64,000 nucleotides of DNA, taken from contig OX442314.1 in NCBI GenBank assembly GCA_949358305.1, forward strand, positions 32,674,001-32,738,000. Reading direction: 5' to 3'. The notes under the pieces were generated by a model. The model was not told the DNA's origin and ran no database searches. It worked only from the letters and a program-made list of their open reading frames with translations. This stretch comes from Strigamia acuminata. Taxonomy: Eukaryota. Of the stretch, positions 35,901 to 47,900 are shown piece after piece; the stretch's first letter is position 1; each line of letters opens with the position of its first letter. The position numbers were made by a program, and so were the translations under genes.

Positions 35901-38900
35901 AGTAGAACAACGACCGAATGCGAGAAGCGATACCATTCAACGGAGCTCGAGTTAATGGCGGTGGTTTGGGCGGTATTGAAATTCCGGATGTATCTGTACG
36001 GCGCGGAATTTACGGTGGTGACAGATTGCGAAGCGGTACGATACGGACTGAAGAAACGTGAATTAACGCCACGAATCGGGAGATGGGTATTGGCGCTTTC
36101 GGAATACAATTTCAAAGCGATACATCGACCGGGATTGCTTATGGGGCATGTCGACGCCCTGAGTAGGAACGCAGAACCAGCAATTGGCGAGGAAACGGAG
36201 ATGGAACGACGGTTCAAAGTTAACCAAATTAAATTTACAGAAGGCGACTGGCTCGTGGCTGCGCAAGAAAACGATCCCGAGTGTAAAGAGTTGAAGGACG
36301 CGTTGTTGGTAGAAGATAAAGATTTACTAGACGAACGAATGCAGCACAAGAGCCGAGGATATAAGATCAAGCGAGGACACGTTTATTTCGAATTAACAAC
36401 GAACGGGCGGCGAAGAGATGTGTTGTATCTGCCGAAAATGATGCGGAGACAGATTACGAGCGAGGTACACAACGGACACGCGCATCCGGGAGTTGACGCA
36501 ACAATCGAGGCGATTCGGAAGAGATTTTGGTTTCCCAGGATGAGGAGTTACGTGAAAGCGACCGTAGGAGCGTGTATCGTGTGTTTGATGGGTAAAGAAC
36601 CCGGAGGAAAATGAGCAGGCGAGCTGAATATCATCAAGAGACAAAGGGTGCCGTTCCACACTGTTCACCTGGATCATGTGGGCCCCTTTCCGAAGAGCGG
36701 CATTGGGTATCGACACATTTTGGTGGCGGTATGCAATTTCTCGAAATTAGTTTTTCTGATGCCGGTAATGTCGACAAACGCGATGACTACGTGTAAAGAA
36801 ATCCGGAAGTTATGCGCACGAATGTGGATCCCGACGCGGATCATTACAGATCGAGGAACCGCGTTTACCAACACATTATTCGCGGAAATGTGCAAAGAAC
36901 TCGAGATTCGACACGTGCTGACTTCGACGGAAAATCCAAGAGCAAACGGGCAGGTGGAAAGGATGAACCGAACAATAGTTCCAATGTTGGCGAGCCAAAC
37001 GACAAAAGACGACGGGAGCGATTGGAGCAAAGGGATTGACAAGGTCGAAATCGCGATTAACTCAAGAATCAACCAGTCGACCAAGAAAACGCCACTGGAG
37101 GTGTTGTACGGATTCCAGCCAAGAACGATCATCGAGCCAAGATTAGCGGCGATAGTAGTCGAAGAAAACAATGAGGAAGAAACGGAAATCGAAGATGTGA
37201 GGAACGAAGCATACGAGACACTGACAACGAACCAGATCAAGCAGAAAAAGGCGTTCGACCGACATCAAGGACCAAACCGGACATACGAGGTCGGGGACAT
37301 AGTCGTCGTGCGAAGAAAAGCGATCGCAATACAAGGCAAGGCGGGAAAGCTTAGTAATTTGAACCGAGGACCATTGCGAGTAAGCCGGCGGATTTCGAGT
37401 ACCGTGTACGAGGTTACAAGTCTCGAGAACCCGCCTCGATACACAACGACCGCACCAATCGACCAGATGAAGAAATGGACATTTGAGGACGACGCAGCAT
37501 CGGGAGCCGAAGACGAGTTAACAGGTGTCGGCGGGGACGCCGACATTTAGTCGGATGACCGAGTGTGGAGTTTTTCGGGTCGACGGACGATAACGATCGC
37601 CAGGGGGCGGGCGGACATAACGGAATATGTCCGAGAAACGTTTTGGAGACGATTCTTGTAATCAACCAATCAGGGATGATCAGTGTCATATATAATCAGT
37701 TTTGTTTGTTTAATAAAATCACTTGAATTTAACTAAGCTAGCGGTTGTGTCATGTTATTTTCGGGTCAGCTGTTTCTAGTTTTGAGATAGTTTACACAAA
37801 GAACGGCGACGATGAATCGGATTCTGATGAAAAGCCGACTTTTAAATTTAAATGTCACGGTTGCGGAAAAATCGGACATAAAATCGCGGATTGTTGGAGC
37901 AAGAATAAGAAGGAAAGCGCATCGAGAGCCGAAATATCTAAACACGACGCGTATTGTTGTGAATGGATGGAAACAGCGATGAAATGCGAAGCACCAAAAT
38001 CAAAGAAATGGCGTTTGGACAGCGGCGCCAGTTCACACAAGCGTTCGGACGAATTGACATTCACAAACATTGAAGCATTGAAGAACCGAAAATTGAATTT
38101 GGCCAGTAATGCGAGCACGAAAATCGACGGAAAAGGAAATGTAAAAATCGAAATCGGTCCCGAAAGTGACGATTTACATTTGAAACTGGAAGAAACGTTG
38201 CTGGTACGTGACTTACAAACGAATTCGATGTCCGTCAGAAATATTACCGATTGAGGCGATAAAGTTGTTTTTACGGCGGAGAACACGAATACGGAAGTCG
38301 AGAAGACGAGAACCGGGAACGTGAAGACCGAAAAGGCAGGCACGGAAGTCAAGAAGACGAGAACCGAGAAAAAGAACACATGTACGGAAGTCAAGAAGAC
38401 GAGAACCGAGAATAAGAAAGCATGTACGGAAGTCGAGAAGACGAGACCCAAGAACGTAAAAATTTGCGAATGGCACGAGAAGCTCGAATACGAATTAATT
38501 TTGAAGAAACTGAAAAACGACGTTGCTAAACAAATAGATCGAACATTAATGAAAATGGCGCGATGTATGATTTTGCAGTCGAGTGAGAAATCGAATGTGG
38601 AACTAGACGAGAACGAGAACGAAGTTGAAATTTCCGAGAACAAGAACGAAGTTGAGATTTCCGAGAACGAAAACGAAGTTGAAATTTCCGAGAACGAGAA
38701 CGAAGTTGAAATTTTCGAGAACGAGAACGAAGTTGAAATTTCCGAGAACGAGAACAAAGTTGAAATTTCCGAGAACGAGAACTAATTTGAAATTTCCGAG
38801 AACGAGAACGAATTCGAGGTTTCTTGATGAGGTAAAACGGTCCTGTGGCTCTCGGAAATCAGTGGAAACGCAATTACAAAGTGCGGTTAATTCGCAACAC

Positions 38901-41900
38901 GCGACCGCCATCTTTATTCACCGTGAGAACATAAAACAGTGGTCTGGGTTGAGGCTATATAATCTCAACCTTGATTACAGATCAACAAGGAGAACAAATC
39001 TATTATCACAATTGAATAGATTTATTCTTTACAATAAAACATAGGCTAAAGTAATGGATAAACAATACCAAACATAACTAAAGTATCGTCGCTTAACAAG
39101 CAGACGACGGGAACGCACGTTATCAAGTCGACACAGCCAATTGCGGTACAGAACAAGCTTATAGATAAAAATCAAATCAATTGGCTGACCATTCGTAACA
39201 ATACAAGACAACGCGCTTGTTGTGCTTATTCGGAAATACACAACTGATAAACTTATCGCAAATCGTTCATCGTAAATCAACAAATCCCCCCTTCGATGAA
39301 CTACTTTGCTGCTACAAAAATATGCTCGCACAATGCGTCTAGTTTTGCGCGAGACAGCCACTTGGTCATAAGATCGGCCACATTAAGGGTTCCCGGGATG
39401 TGTCTGATTCGAAAGACACCCTTTTCAAACCAGTCGCGCACGAAGTGTAGTTTAACATCTATGTGTTTGTTTGCGCGATTCTCTATGCGATTCTTCGCAT
39501 ATTGGATCGCTGGCATTGAGTCAGCGTATACACACGGTATTTGCCGGTTAAACCCATCCATCATCACGTCAGCACCAAATATGCGCTCTAACCAAATTAT
39601 TTCCTTCACACCGTCTACCACCGCCAAGAATTCGCTCTCCATAATGGAAAGTGCAGTGATGGTCTGCTTATGGCAGTTCCAAGAGATCGGGACGCCTCCC
39701 AGGTAGATGATGTGCCCACCAAAGCTCCGACGTTTGTCCTGGTCTAATGCGAAGGACGCATCCGTATAAACGGTCAAGTTTTCACTTTGACAGTTTCCAA
39801 GATTGATGGAATAATTTGGCGTATTCCCTAGGTATCGCAAGATTTGGAGCAGCATATTCACGTGTCGAGTCGAGTGAGTCTCGTTGTATTGAGACAACAC
39901 TATCACCGAAAACAGAATATCGGGTCTTATACGACTTGCGATGAAAAGCAAACTGCCGACAAGAGACCGATACGGAAAACTCGAATTGACACGTTCCCCC
40001 GTTTGAACCTTTTGGATCATGGTGCCTGGGGTGCCAGGTACTCTAACACGATGACAAGAGTCGATCCCATATTGCTTGCACAACTTCGCAATATAAGCGC
40101 GTTGATGAATAAAGATATTCTCCCCGTCCCTACAAAACTCTATCCCTAACAAAAGGGTGACGGGGCCCAAATTGACAATCTCAAATGATTGTTGAATCCA
40201 ATCCAAAACGCACTCCTCTGCTATGTTGTCTTTTGAAAACAATACAATGTCATCGACATAGAAAATAAGTATAGCGTCAGTCCCCAAGCTATACACGCAA
40301 TTGAGACCCAAGACCGGTTCAAATCCAATTTCAATCAGCTGGTCGTGGAGTCGCTGGTACCACATACGACCAGACTGGTGAAGTCCGTAAAGAGATTTTC
40401 TCAATTCCCAACATTTGTGTTGGTTTTCAGATGTTCGATATCCCTTTGGAATATGGATATATTGCACTTCGTCGAGGTCCCCATATAAATATGCGGCCTT
40501 GATGTCGAGGTGTACGTCACGCCAGCCCCTCAGTACCACTAAGATACAAAAGAACATCATGACTAACACAAAATTGACTACCGGGGAAAATACCTCAGTA
40601 AAGTCAATGCCCGGCTTTTGCTTAAAGCCCTGTGCAACAAGACGAGCACGATATCTTCTAATCGTACCCGTGTGATCTCTTTTTAACTTGTAAATCCATT
40701 TTGATCCCAATAAGGTTTTGTCTTTAACCTGGTCTTTGTCGACTTCGACATAAACCTCACGTTCTTTGAAAATGTTTATTTCGTCCTCCATTGCGTTTTC
40801 CCAATCTGGTTTACTAACTCCCGTTACGGCCTCCTCATACGTGTCTGGCTCGACAGAGCAGCAACCAGCAAAACCAATAGTGACATCTTTGAAATTAAAC
40901 AATTCTGATCTGTATTCGTATCCCTCGGTTTTACACCAACGAACAACCTCAACACGGCTGCGGAGCTTCTCGTGCTTTGGTGTGATGTACCAAACATCAA
41001 CTTTCCCAGCTGTTGCCCCACTTTGGCGTACAGTCTGTCGTCTTTGCCATAAAGTCATGTCTAAAGGCAACAATTCACTAGTTGAAGCTGTACGTTCGCC
41101 AGTGTCTTTCCCTTTTCTAGGCGGGTTGCGACGAGGGAGTGTAGGCGACAATTGAGGTGATAACTGAGGACTTGCGTCTGGGTCCTCAACTTCCTCGCTT
41201 TCATCTTCGTCGTCGGGATAAATGTTGAAGAAATCCCTATTATCCCCCTTCGCCCCACCGATTTCGTCATCATTTATAACATTTAAATCCCCAATGATGT
41301 ATTGCATTGCATCAACATAGTTGAAATCCTCAGGTGCCCCACCCTCAACGGGGTCTTCTTCCCCTTCTCCTTCAGGATATTCGGGTATGGGGTCGCCGTG
41401 GACACTATCTGTCTCCGAGACAGAGTCATCAAAAGAATCCTCACCCGACGAGTCTGAATCGTCAGTGAAAGGCGAGGGAGTCAGTTGGGGATTCTGGAGA
41501 TTTTCATACCAGAAATTCTGTTCTAGAATTTTAACATGCTTAGAGAGGAAAACTTGGTTTCTATTCGGATCCCAAATCCGATACCCACGAGTGGTAGAGG
41601 CGTATCCAATCAAAGCCCCCGCCCATGCTCTTTCTTGCAATTTTCCAGCTCTGGTTTGTGAAGGGACATGTACATAAGTCAATGCACCAATGCACTTGAC
41701 GTGGCGTAAAGACAATTTCTTATTGAAAAACACATTATAAGGTGTCCTCCCACCCAATCCCGCATGCGGAAACCGGTTCTTTAAATAAACGACAGAAACT
41801 GCGAGTTCTGCCCACAGGGATGGAGGAAGACTATTTTCAATCATTAAAGCTCTGATGCCACCAAGAATGGTCCGGTTCGTTCTTTCAGCGACCGAGTTCA

Positions 41901-44900
41901 TCTCAGGGCTGTATGCGTTCGTTCGCATACACTTCAGTCCAATGCTACTGGCATATTCATCCCATTGTTTGGATACAAATTCCCCTCCATTGTCAGTTTT
42001 AATTGACTTGACTTTCCTAGAAGTCGTTCTTTCAATTTCGGTTAACCACTTCTTAAAATGGCCCAAAACTTCGCTCTTTTTCTTCATAATCACGATCCAC
42101 ATTAATCGTGAGAAGTCATCGACCATGACCAAATAGTAGTACGCCCCACCTATGCTCTTAACTGGTGAAGGGCCCCACACGTCTAAATGGACGATTTCTA
42201 AAATCCCTTTGGTCGAAATGTTCGCAATGGGGGGAAAACTGGCACGTGTGCTTTTCGCCCTCGAACAAGCATCACAACTCGACAATTCCGTGTTGGACAA
42301 CTTTAAACCAAATACTTCGGTAGATTTGTTCAATAATGCAATTCCCTTCGCATTAAGGTGTCCCATACGAGAGTGCCAGATGTCCATCGTTTGGGGTTTG
42401 TCTGGTTTAATGGAAGCATCCTTTCCATCTACAACCCCATTTCCATTTGTTAAATTGTTTTGCACAATTGTTTTCAAAATTTTCGCATTCTTGGGCTTAT
42501 TGCCCTTGCTGGCCACTAAGCTAGTCTGTGTGTCGGTTAAAACACTCGATTGTTGATTCGAAATTTCCATACTCGCATTGTTTGCAACGATCGCTGGCGC
42601 ATTATTCGCAGTTTTCGTTTGCCCCTTATTCGCAGGTACAGGTTTCCCTGATTTACTCAAATTTTGGGTTAATGCGGTCTTAAAATTTAAATGGGTTAGT
42701 AAAGGATCAACAATTTCTCCACCCTTTAAAGGTGGACTAGATGCCACTGTTGCACTCTGTTGCGCAGACAATGCAACAGTGTTTACAGAATTTTTAGGAT
42801 TAATTCGACAATTGACCTTGTACATTCTATCACTCGTACGTATCGCAGTGATAGAAGGATCATCAATTGTCACATCATAAATAAACATTTTACCATTTTT
42901 AACCATTGTCGTAGCCCCAGCTTCGTCCGTGCGACCTAAAGAAATTAAATTCTTTTTGAAGTTGGGTGCATAATAAACGTTCTTCAACGTCAGTTCACGT
43001 GTACGTTGTCCATGAATCGAGATTAATGTCACATTTCCGATGCCCTCGATTTTCGACTTTCCGTCGCCTTGTTGCACAGAATAACCAGTTAATGGTTTAA
43101 AGTCCGAAAACCAGGATTTGTTAAACGAAAAATGGTCCGTCGCACCTGTGTCGACGTACCATTGCGAATCGTAGTTCGCATGTGATAATAACGACACTGC
43201 AACCGGAGGTTGCTCCTGACAAATCGCTGCAGAGAAGTAAGACACGGGGGAATCGCTGAAAATGTCCATTTGTGTGACGGCGGCCTTCTGCTGGCCTTTT
43301 CCACGATTTTTCCCTCGTTGACTTCCCCTGCTGAACTGTCCTATCGGGTTTCCTCTCGCAGCACCTTGTTGCTGTTTAGGTGGAGAAGGGCATTCCCGGG
43401 CGAAGTGGTTGGTTCCACCACAATTGAAGCAGACACGTGGAGAACCGGAGACATTTCCACCCCGGCCACGTTGCCATCTGCCTTTGGTGAAATAGGCACT
43501 TGCATTATCCACCATGCCTGCAGGAACCCCAAACTCATCTGTTTGTTCATAAAGGCGATTATATTCGCCTAATAATCGTTCTTTGACGGCCTTGGACGTG
43601 AATTCTGGGTCTCCCCAGTGGTAGACAGTCTGCTTGACCGTTTCGTATTGATGTGGCAGCAGATCCAGGTACTGAAAAGCCAGGAATTCGTCAGAAATGT
43701 CCACTTGGATGTCCTTTAACTCCAGGGCTTTCCTGTCAACTCTTGCCAAGAAGACCATCATCTCTTCTTGCTCATGGAGTTTCAACATGAGAAATTCGCG
43801 ACGAAGCCGGGCTTTGCGTGCCCTGGTAGTGGGCTGGTAAGCTGCTTTGAGCGCTTCCCAAACCTCTTTGGCCCCTTCGTGTGCCACAGCCACTACCTGT
43901 TGGGCTTTTCCACAAGCCAGACAAATGGTGGAGCGCGCTTTCTCCTCGCGCTTGTCAAACTCCCTGATTTCTTTCGCAGAAGCCGTGGCTGGCAAGGCTT
44001 TCTCCTTGCCAGTCACGTGGCCCCAAACTCCATACGACTGCAAAAGGAGTTGTATTTGGACACTCCAAGTCGAATAATTAGTCCCATTCAGTTTTTCCAC
44101 ATCCTTGTAATCGTCACGACGATCCCAACTTGCCATGTTGAGAAAATTCGGCGAAAACAGAAGCACGAATCACTTTTCACAAAAAAATTTCACAAATTCC
44201 CGCAGGAAAAACACAAATATTCACAATGCACGTGAATATGGCGCACGGAGAAGCAATTTGCCCCCAAAAATTGAAGGCGAAATAATTTTACACTTCCCAA
44301 GGGGCACCTCAATAAGTGAGATGAAAAACCCAAATCTGGTCGCCCTACTAGCTTCCGACCGGCCCACCTGGGGGACGCGGGACGACTAGTTGGCCACGGA
44401 CAAGCCCAGACTGGAATGAGACTGTACTGGGGCGACTGCCCGAAGGGTACAGAATATTCTAAGTGACCCGACACAAAAACCTTAATAAATAACAGAGTTT
44501 CACGAGAAAAATTCGAAAAATACAGTTTTTGGTGTGAAGTTGGCCAGTTACGGGTTCCACGCGTCGTAACTGGTTCCCACGCTGGATTAAACGTCGGCTT
44601 CACGTTGTCTTCGCACGGAATCGGCTGACGTGCAGTCCGCGTACACACATCCGTGTAAGCGCGGAGAAAATCGTCGTAGCGCCCGTCTGCGCCTTCGTAC
44701 TCGCTTTCCTGGTGCGAGATACGGAAACAATTGCCCACACACACGCTTATCGTGTGCAGGACTTCTCGGTGAATCAAATCGTCGTTTTTCCGTCTATTTT
44801 TGACGAAAAATGGCCGCCGTAACAAAATCGTCGATTCACGGTGATTTCTCGAAAAAAATGACGGTTTTGGGACGTTTCTGTGCTCCAAAATACCGTCCTG

Positions 44901-47900
44901 TCGACGTATTCCGTTGTAGAATCGTCGGGCGTACGTGTGCCGGTCCGTACACACGCGTGGACACACTAACTCCGCCGTATTCTGCAGCGAAGCTCAACAA
45001 AAATGGCGCCGCCCGAGAAAACTCGGTTATATCGGCAAAAATACAGTTTAAATCGTTCGAAATAAATGTTCCTTACACCGTTCCGTGTCGAATCCTTCGT
45101 GCAATCGTCCGCACACGTATTCCAGACGTTTGCCGCACCGAAAATTCGTTTTCACGACGAATTGAGCGGGCGCGCACTTCGCGACTTCTCGTAGTCGGAA
45201 AATGGCCGTTTCACTCGTCAATTCCCCGAAATTGGTCGGCGTTGATCGTCGCCGATCCTCTGCTACCATTTGATGAGGTAAAACGGTCCTGTGGCTCTCG
45301 GAAATCAGTGGAAACGCAATTACAAAGTGCGGTTAATTCGCAACACGCGACCGCCATCTTTATTCACCGTGAGAACATAAAACAGTGGTCTGGGTTGAGG
45401 CTATATAATCTCAACCTTGATTACAGATCAACAAGGAGAACAAATCTATTATCACAATTGAATAGATTTATTCTTTACAATAAAACATAGGCTAAAGTAA
45501 TGGATAAACAATACCAAACATAACTAAAGTATCGTCGCTTAACAAGCAGACGACGGGAACGCACGTTATCAAGTCGACACAGCCAATTGCGGTACAGAAC
45601 AAGCTTATAGATAAAAATCAAATCAATTGGCTGACCATTCGTAACAATACAAGACAACGCGCTTGTTGTGCTTATTCGGAAATACACAACTGATAAACTT
45701 ATCGCAAATCGTTCATCGTAAATCAACATTTCTGAGAACGAAAATGAAGTCGAAATCGAGATGAATGATGAAGTCGAGAACGAGACGGAACAAGGGGAAG
45801 TCGAAACTCCCCAGATCAAAAACGTACGGCCGCCTCCGCGACAATCCTCAAGAACTCGGAGATTGTATTCAAATCGAAATGGAAAACCACCAGGAAGAAT
45901 TCGATATGAAGAGTATTAATTAATAAAACAAAATTTTTGAAATGTAGGAATATTGTCATTCAGGGGAAGTGTTGTTTTTGAATGTTATATTCCTCACCGC
46001 CAGGTGTTTCCCCACCTGTGTACCTGTATTTAGCACCGACCAATCAGTGCTCTGTAATGTATTTTGTGCTCTATGCACCTTCTCACATATGTTTAAGATT
46101 AAATGAATCACTGTTAGAATATTCACCCAACAAGAACCATGCGTCTTTACTTTGTGTCTCCCAACATATTCAAGCCTAAAAACTACAACAGAATATATTG
46201 GTCCATGATACCCTTAATTTAATGTTGTGGACCGATACACACACAGGAAACCATCCTTAAGCCATTTTACTCTTGGGATGGCTTTAGTTAATGTAATTTT
46301 GATTTTTATTATTAAAAAATATTATTTCTATCATTGAAATGAAGTTTTATGCACATATAAATGTCAAACTCATGTTTGTTATGTTTGTCTGGCTGTTGCC
46401 TAGGCAATCAATTACAATGTCTGTACATTGCTTGCAATTCTGGAGTTTGGCTCTACTTTTACGGATCACTACACCAGTAAACTGGCTTGACCAATAGAAC
46501 TGAGTGTCCTTTTTGATTGCAACTAGAGTATATTCTCCAAATTTGAAAGCTCTGACAACATTTACTTAAGTGCAAAAGTGCAGTGTAACAAAAAATGTGG
46601 AATCACTTATATTGACTTAGGTTGCATTGCGTCAAGGCATTCTGGAAAACAATTTCAATAATAATTAAGGGTTTCCAATGTTGATTGCAGGGACGATGTA
46701 AAGCTGAATGGTGCAACTGCATTAAGGACTCTTGTTTTCACCATGGTGATGCTAAGGGATACAGTTTTACCGTATTTGACATTGCCGAGTCACCTTTTAT
46801 TGTAAATGTATTCTTTGTACTATGTTATCCCAGAGGAAAATGTGGTGATCGCCAGATGGCGACGGGGATGTCATCACGTCAGCCGTGGCTCTGGTCACAA
46901 TTTAATAACCAATAGTAAAGGTACTCTTGTACATATGGTGCAAGAGTGGCAGTATACTTCCTGTTGGGACCCCAGAGCTACTCAGCTATTGATAAGTCCT
47001 AGCAGTTCTCCACTCTTGTTCATCGCGGTGATAACAGGGAATGTGCGAGTACGCCATTCCCAGTGCTATGAGTAATCCATGGGTTAAGGGACTGAGTCCT
47101 GGATGAACAACAGACCGACCTTGCAGCACAACCGAACCACACGTGCTGCATGTGGTTGCAGGTGCCCTGCAACCGGGGTCGGATCAAGCCTTTTGGGAGC
47201 CCTGGGCTTGAGGTTTTTTCAGGGCTTCTTTATCAAAATTTTTAACAGCAACCTTTTTTTTTTAGTACATGCGTTGTGTCTTGGGTTGTAGATCCGCCCC
47301 TGGCTTAGGCGTAGCAGTAGCAATAGGAGAGGCAAGAGGTAGTGACTCCTATACACTGAATAAAGGCCTTAAACCAGGGTTTCCCAAACGGTGAGGCACG
47401 CCTCACTGGTGGGGCGTGATTATTGGTGGGGCGCAACCCATCATACATGCCTAAATAAAACGAGCTTATTTTGCAAACTTTTGTAAATTTTTAAGCAAAA
47501 TTATATAAAATTATATAAAAAATTATACAAAGTTTTATGCAAAATTATATAAAAATTTCTTTTTTTTCTTTTTAGTAGTATATTTTTTAAAAATTTAATG
47601 CATTGGTAGATGGGAGTGGGGCGCAGAAGACCGCCTTGCTTAAAAAGTGGGGCGCGATGCTAAGAAGTTTGGGATCCCCTGCCTTAAACTATTAAATACA
47701 GTCGCTTGTGCTTGTTTCTATCAATGTGTTGTGCGTCCGGCGCTGTTTCTGCATTTCTGTGCGCTATTTGTGTCCGTCCGTTCTCACAACATGACAGTTT
47801 CATTGGTGATGTGCTGTGGAATGAGGTTGAGGGATGGTTTTTTGCGGTGTCAAGTACACTCCTATGCCATACTTGCCCAAAGCAATATTAATAACCAGAA

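Larger units (their letters stand above)
25577..37796 (+). mobile_element. Gypsy D: mdg3/micropia-like LTR retrotransposon inserted in the gag of Copia C
   Basis: 233-bp LTRs 25577-25809 and 37564-37796 (2 mismatches), TSD CAAA. PBS TCAGAAGTGGGAT lies directly after the LTR (tRNA-Leu lacking its 3' 5 nt). Confidence 0.93.
24585..46187 (+). mobile_element. Copia C: non-autonomous, RT-less Ty1/Copia (core about 2.47 kb), outermost element of the nest
   Basis: 218-bp LTRs 24585-24802 and 45970-46187 (4 mismatches), TSD ACAGA. PBS GGTTATGGGCCCAG (internal tRNA-iMet type, as in Drosophila copia), PPT AGGGGAAG. Encodes gag, CCHC, protease WRLDSGASSH and an integrase remnant RTLMKMARCMI; no RT or RNase H. 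Confidence 0.92.

Noticed and set aside
25976..38824. Similar TSDs of A (TTACT) and B (TTTCT) as sequence-specific targeting
   Set aside because: Only two sites, in opposite element orientations; not distinguishable from chance.
37855..39044. 300-aa antisense FSFSEISTS ORF and KFPRTRTKL ORF
   Set aside because: Shadow frames of the 27-bp coding repeat of Copia C.
44190..45490. 258-aa and 226-aa ORFs in the Copia B leader, and the 186-aa ORF at 26474 in A, as env-like or accessory genes
   Set aside because: No similarity between the A and B translations, non-ATG or weak starts, and no motif. GC-rich leaders give long ORFs by chance.
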